Translations under genes and position numbers: made by a program
Notes under the pieces: model-generated
Seen by the model: the letters and a program-made list of their open reading frames with translations, nothing else
The model's database searches: none
What the model was told of the DNA's origin: nothing
Source: Candidatus Methylomirabilales bacterium
GTDB lineage: Bacteria; Methylomirabilota; Methylomirabilia; Methylomirabilales; CSP1-5
Direction: 5' to 3'
Assembly (NCBI GenBank): GCA_046758505.1
Contig: JBHIAH010000028.1
Coordinates: forward strand, 1 to 27,900
Length of the DNA stretch: 27,900 nucleotides
In this document: piece after piece, positions 27,832-27,900 of the stretch
Layout of the letters: each line of letters opens with the position of its first letter
Numbering within the stretch: position 1 is the stretch's first letter

Positions 27832-27900
27832 CCCCCAATGTCTCAAAAAAACGGACACCGAGTTAAGGGTCACCGCGGCTCCCTTCGTACTCCGCCGGGC

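Larger units (their letters stand above)
26798..27836 (+). mobile_element. RAYT/Y1-transposase cassette bounded by 27-bp terminal inverted repeats
   Basis: Left GGGGGTCAGAGCTTTACATTTGACATC (26798-26824); right GATGTCAAATGTAAAGCTTTGACCCCC (27810-27836); 26/27 complementary. Confidence 0.8.

Overview
GC-rich bacterial chromosome segment from a diderm (it encodes BamD). It opens with six tRNAs (Arg-CCG partial, His, Arg-TCG, Arg-TCT, Lys-CTT, Leu-TAG). These are followed by tig-clpP-clpX, bamD, a TPR protein, rsmA, a nicotinate phosphoribosyltransferase, a low-GC secreted orphan and thiL. Next come two CNNM/CorC-family genes, a minimal MCP-cheW-cheA cluster running into larE, PilZ-like and CBS-BON genes, larC-larB, queG and a class-III aminotransferase. 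The window ends with a luxE-luxC-like pair, a small Zn-finger ORF and a RAYT/Y1 HUH transposase-like gene. Three signals are not explained by the genes. (1) A ~520-nt non-coding stretch (23374-23894) upstream of luxE folds by eye into a closed, multi-domain RNA; its non-canonical pairs read as G-U on the + strand, and it has a possible pseudoknot and alternative pairings. I cannot assign it to a known family. (2) Phased 7-nt (and one 8-nt) tandem-repeat arms form inverted hairpins; two sequence families strictly alternate in the five tRNA spacers, and related repeats recur between and inside other genes. (3) The HUH transposase gene is bracketed by 27-bp terminal inverted repeats that carry its -35 box and its stop codon. 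All calls are by eye; no searches or folding programs were run.
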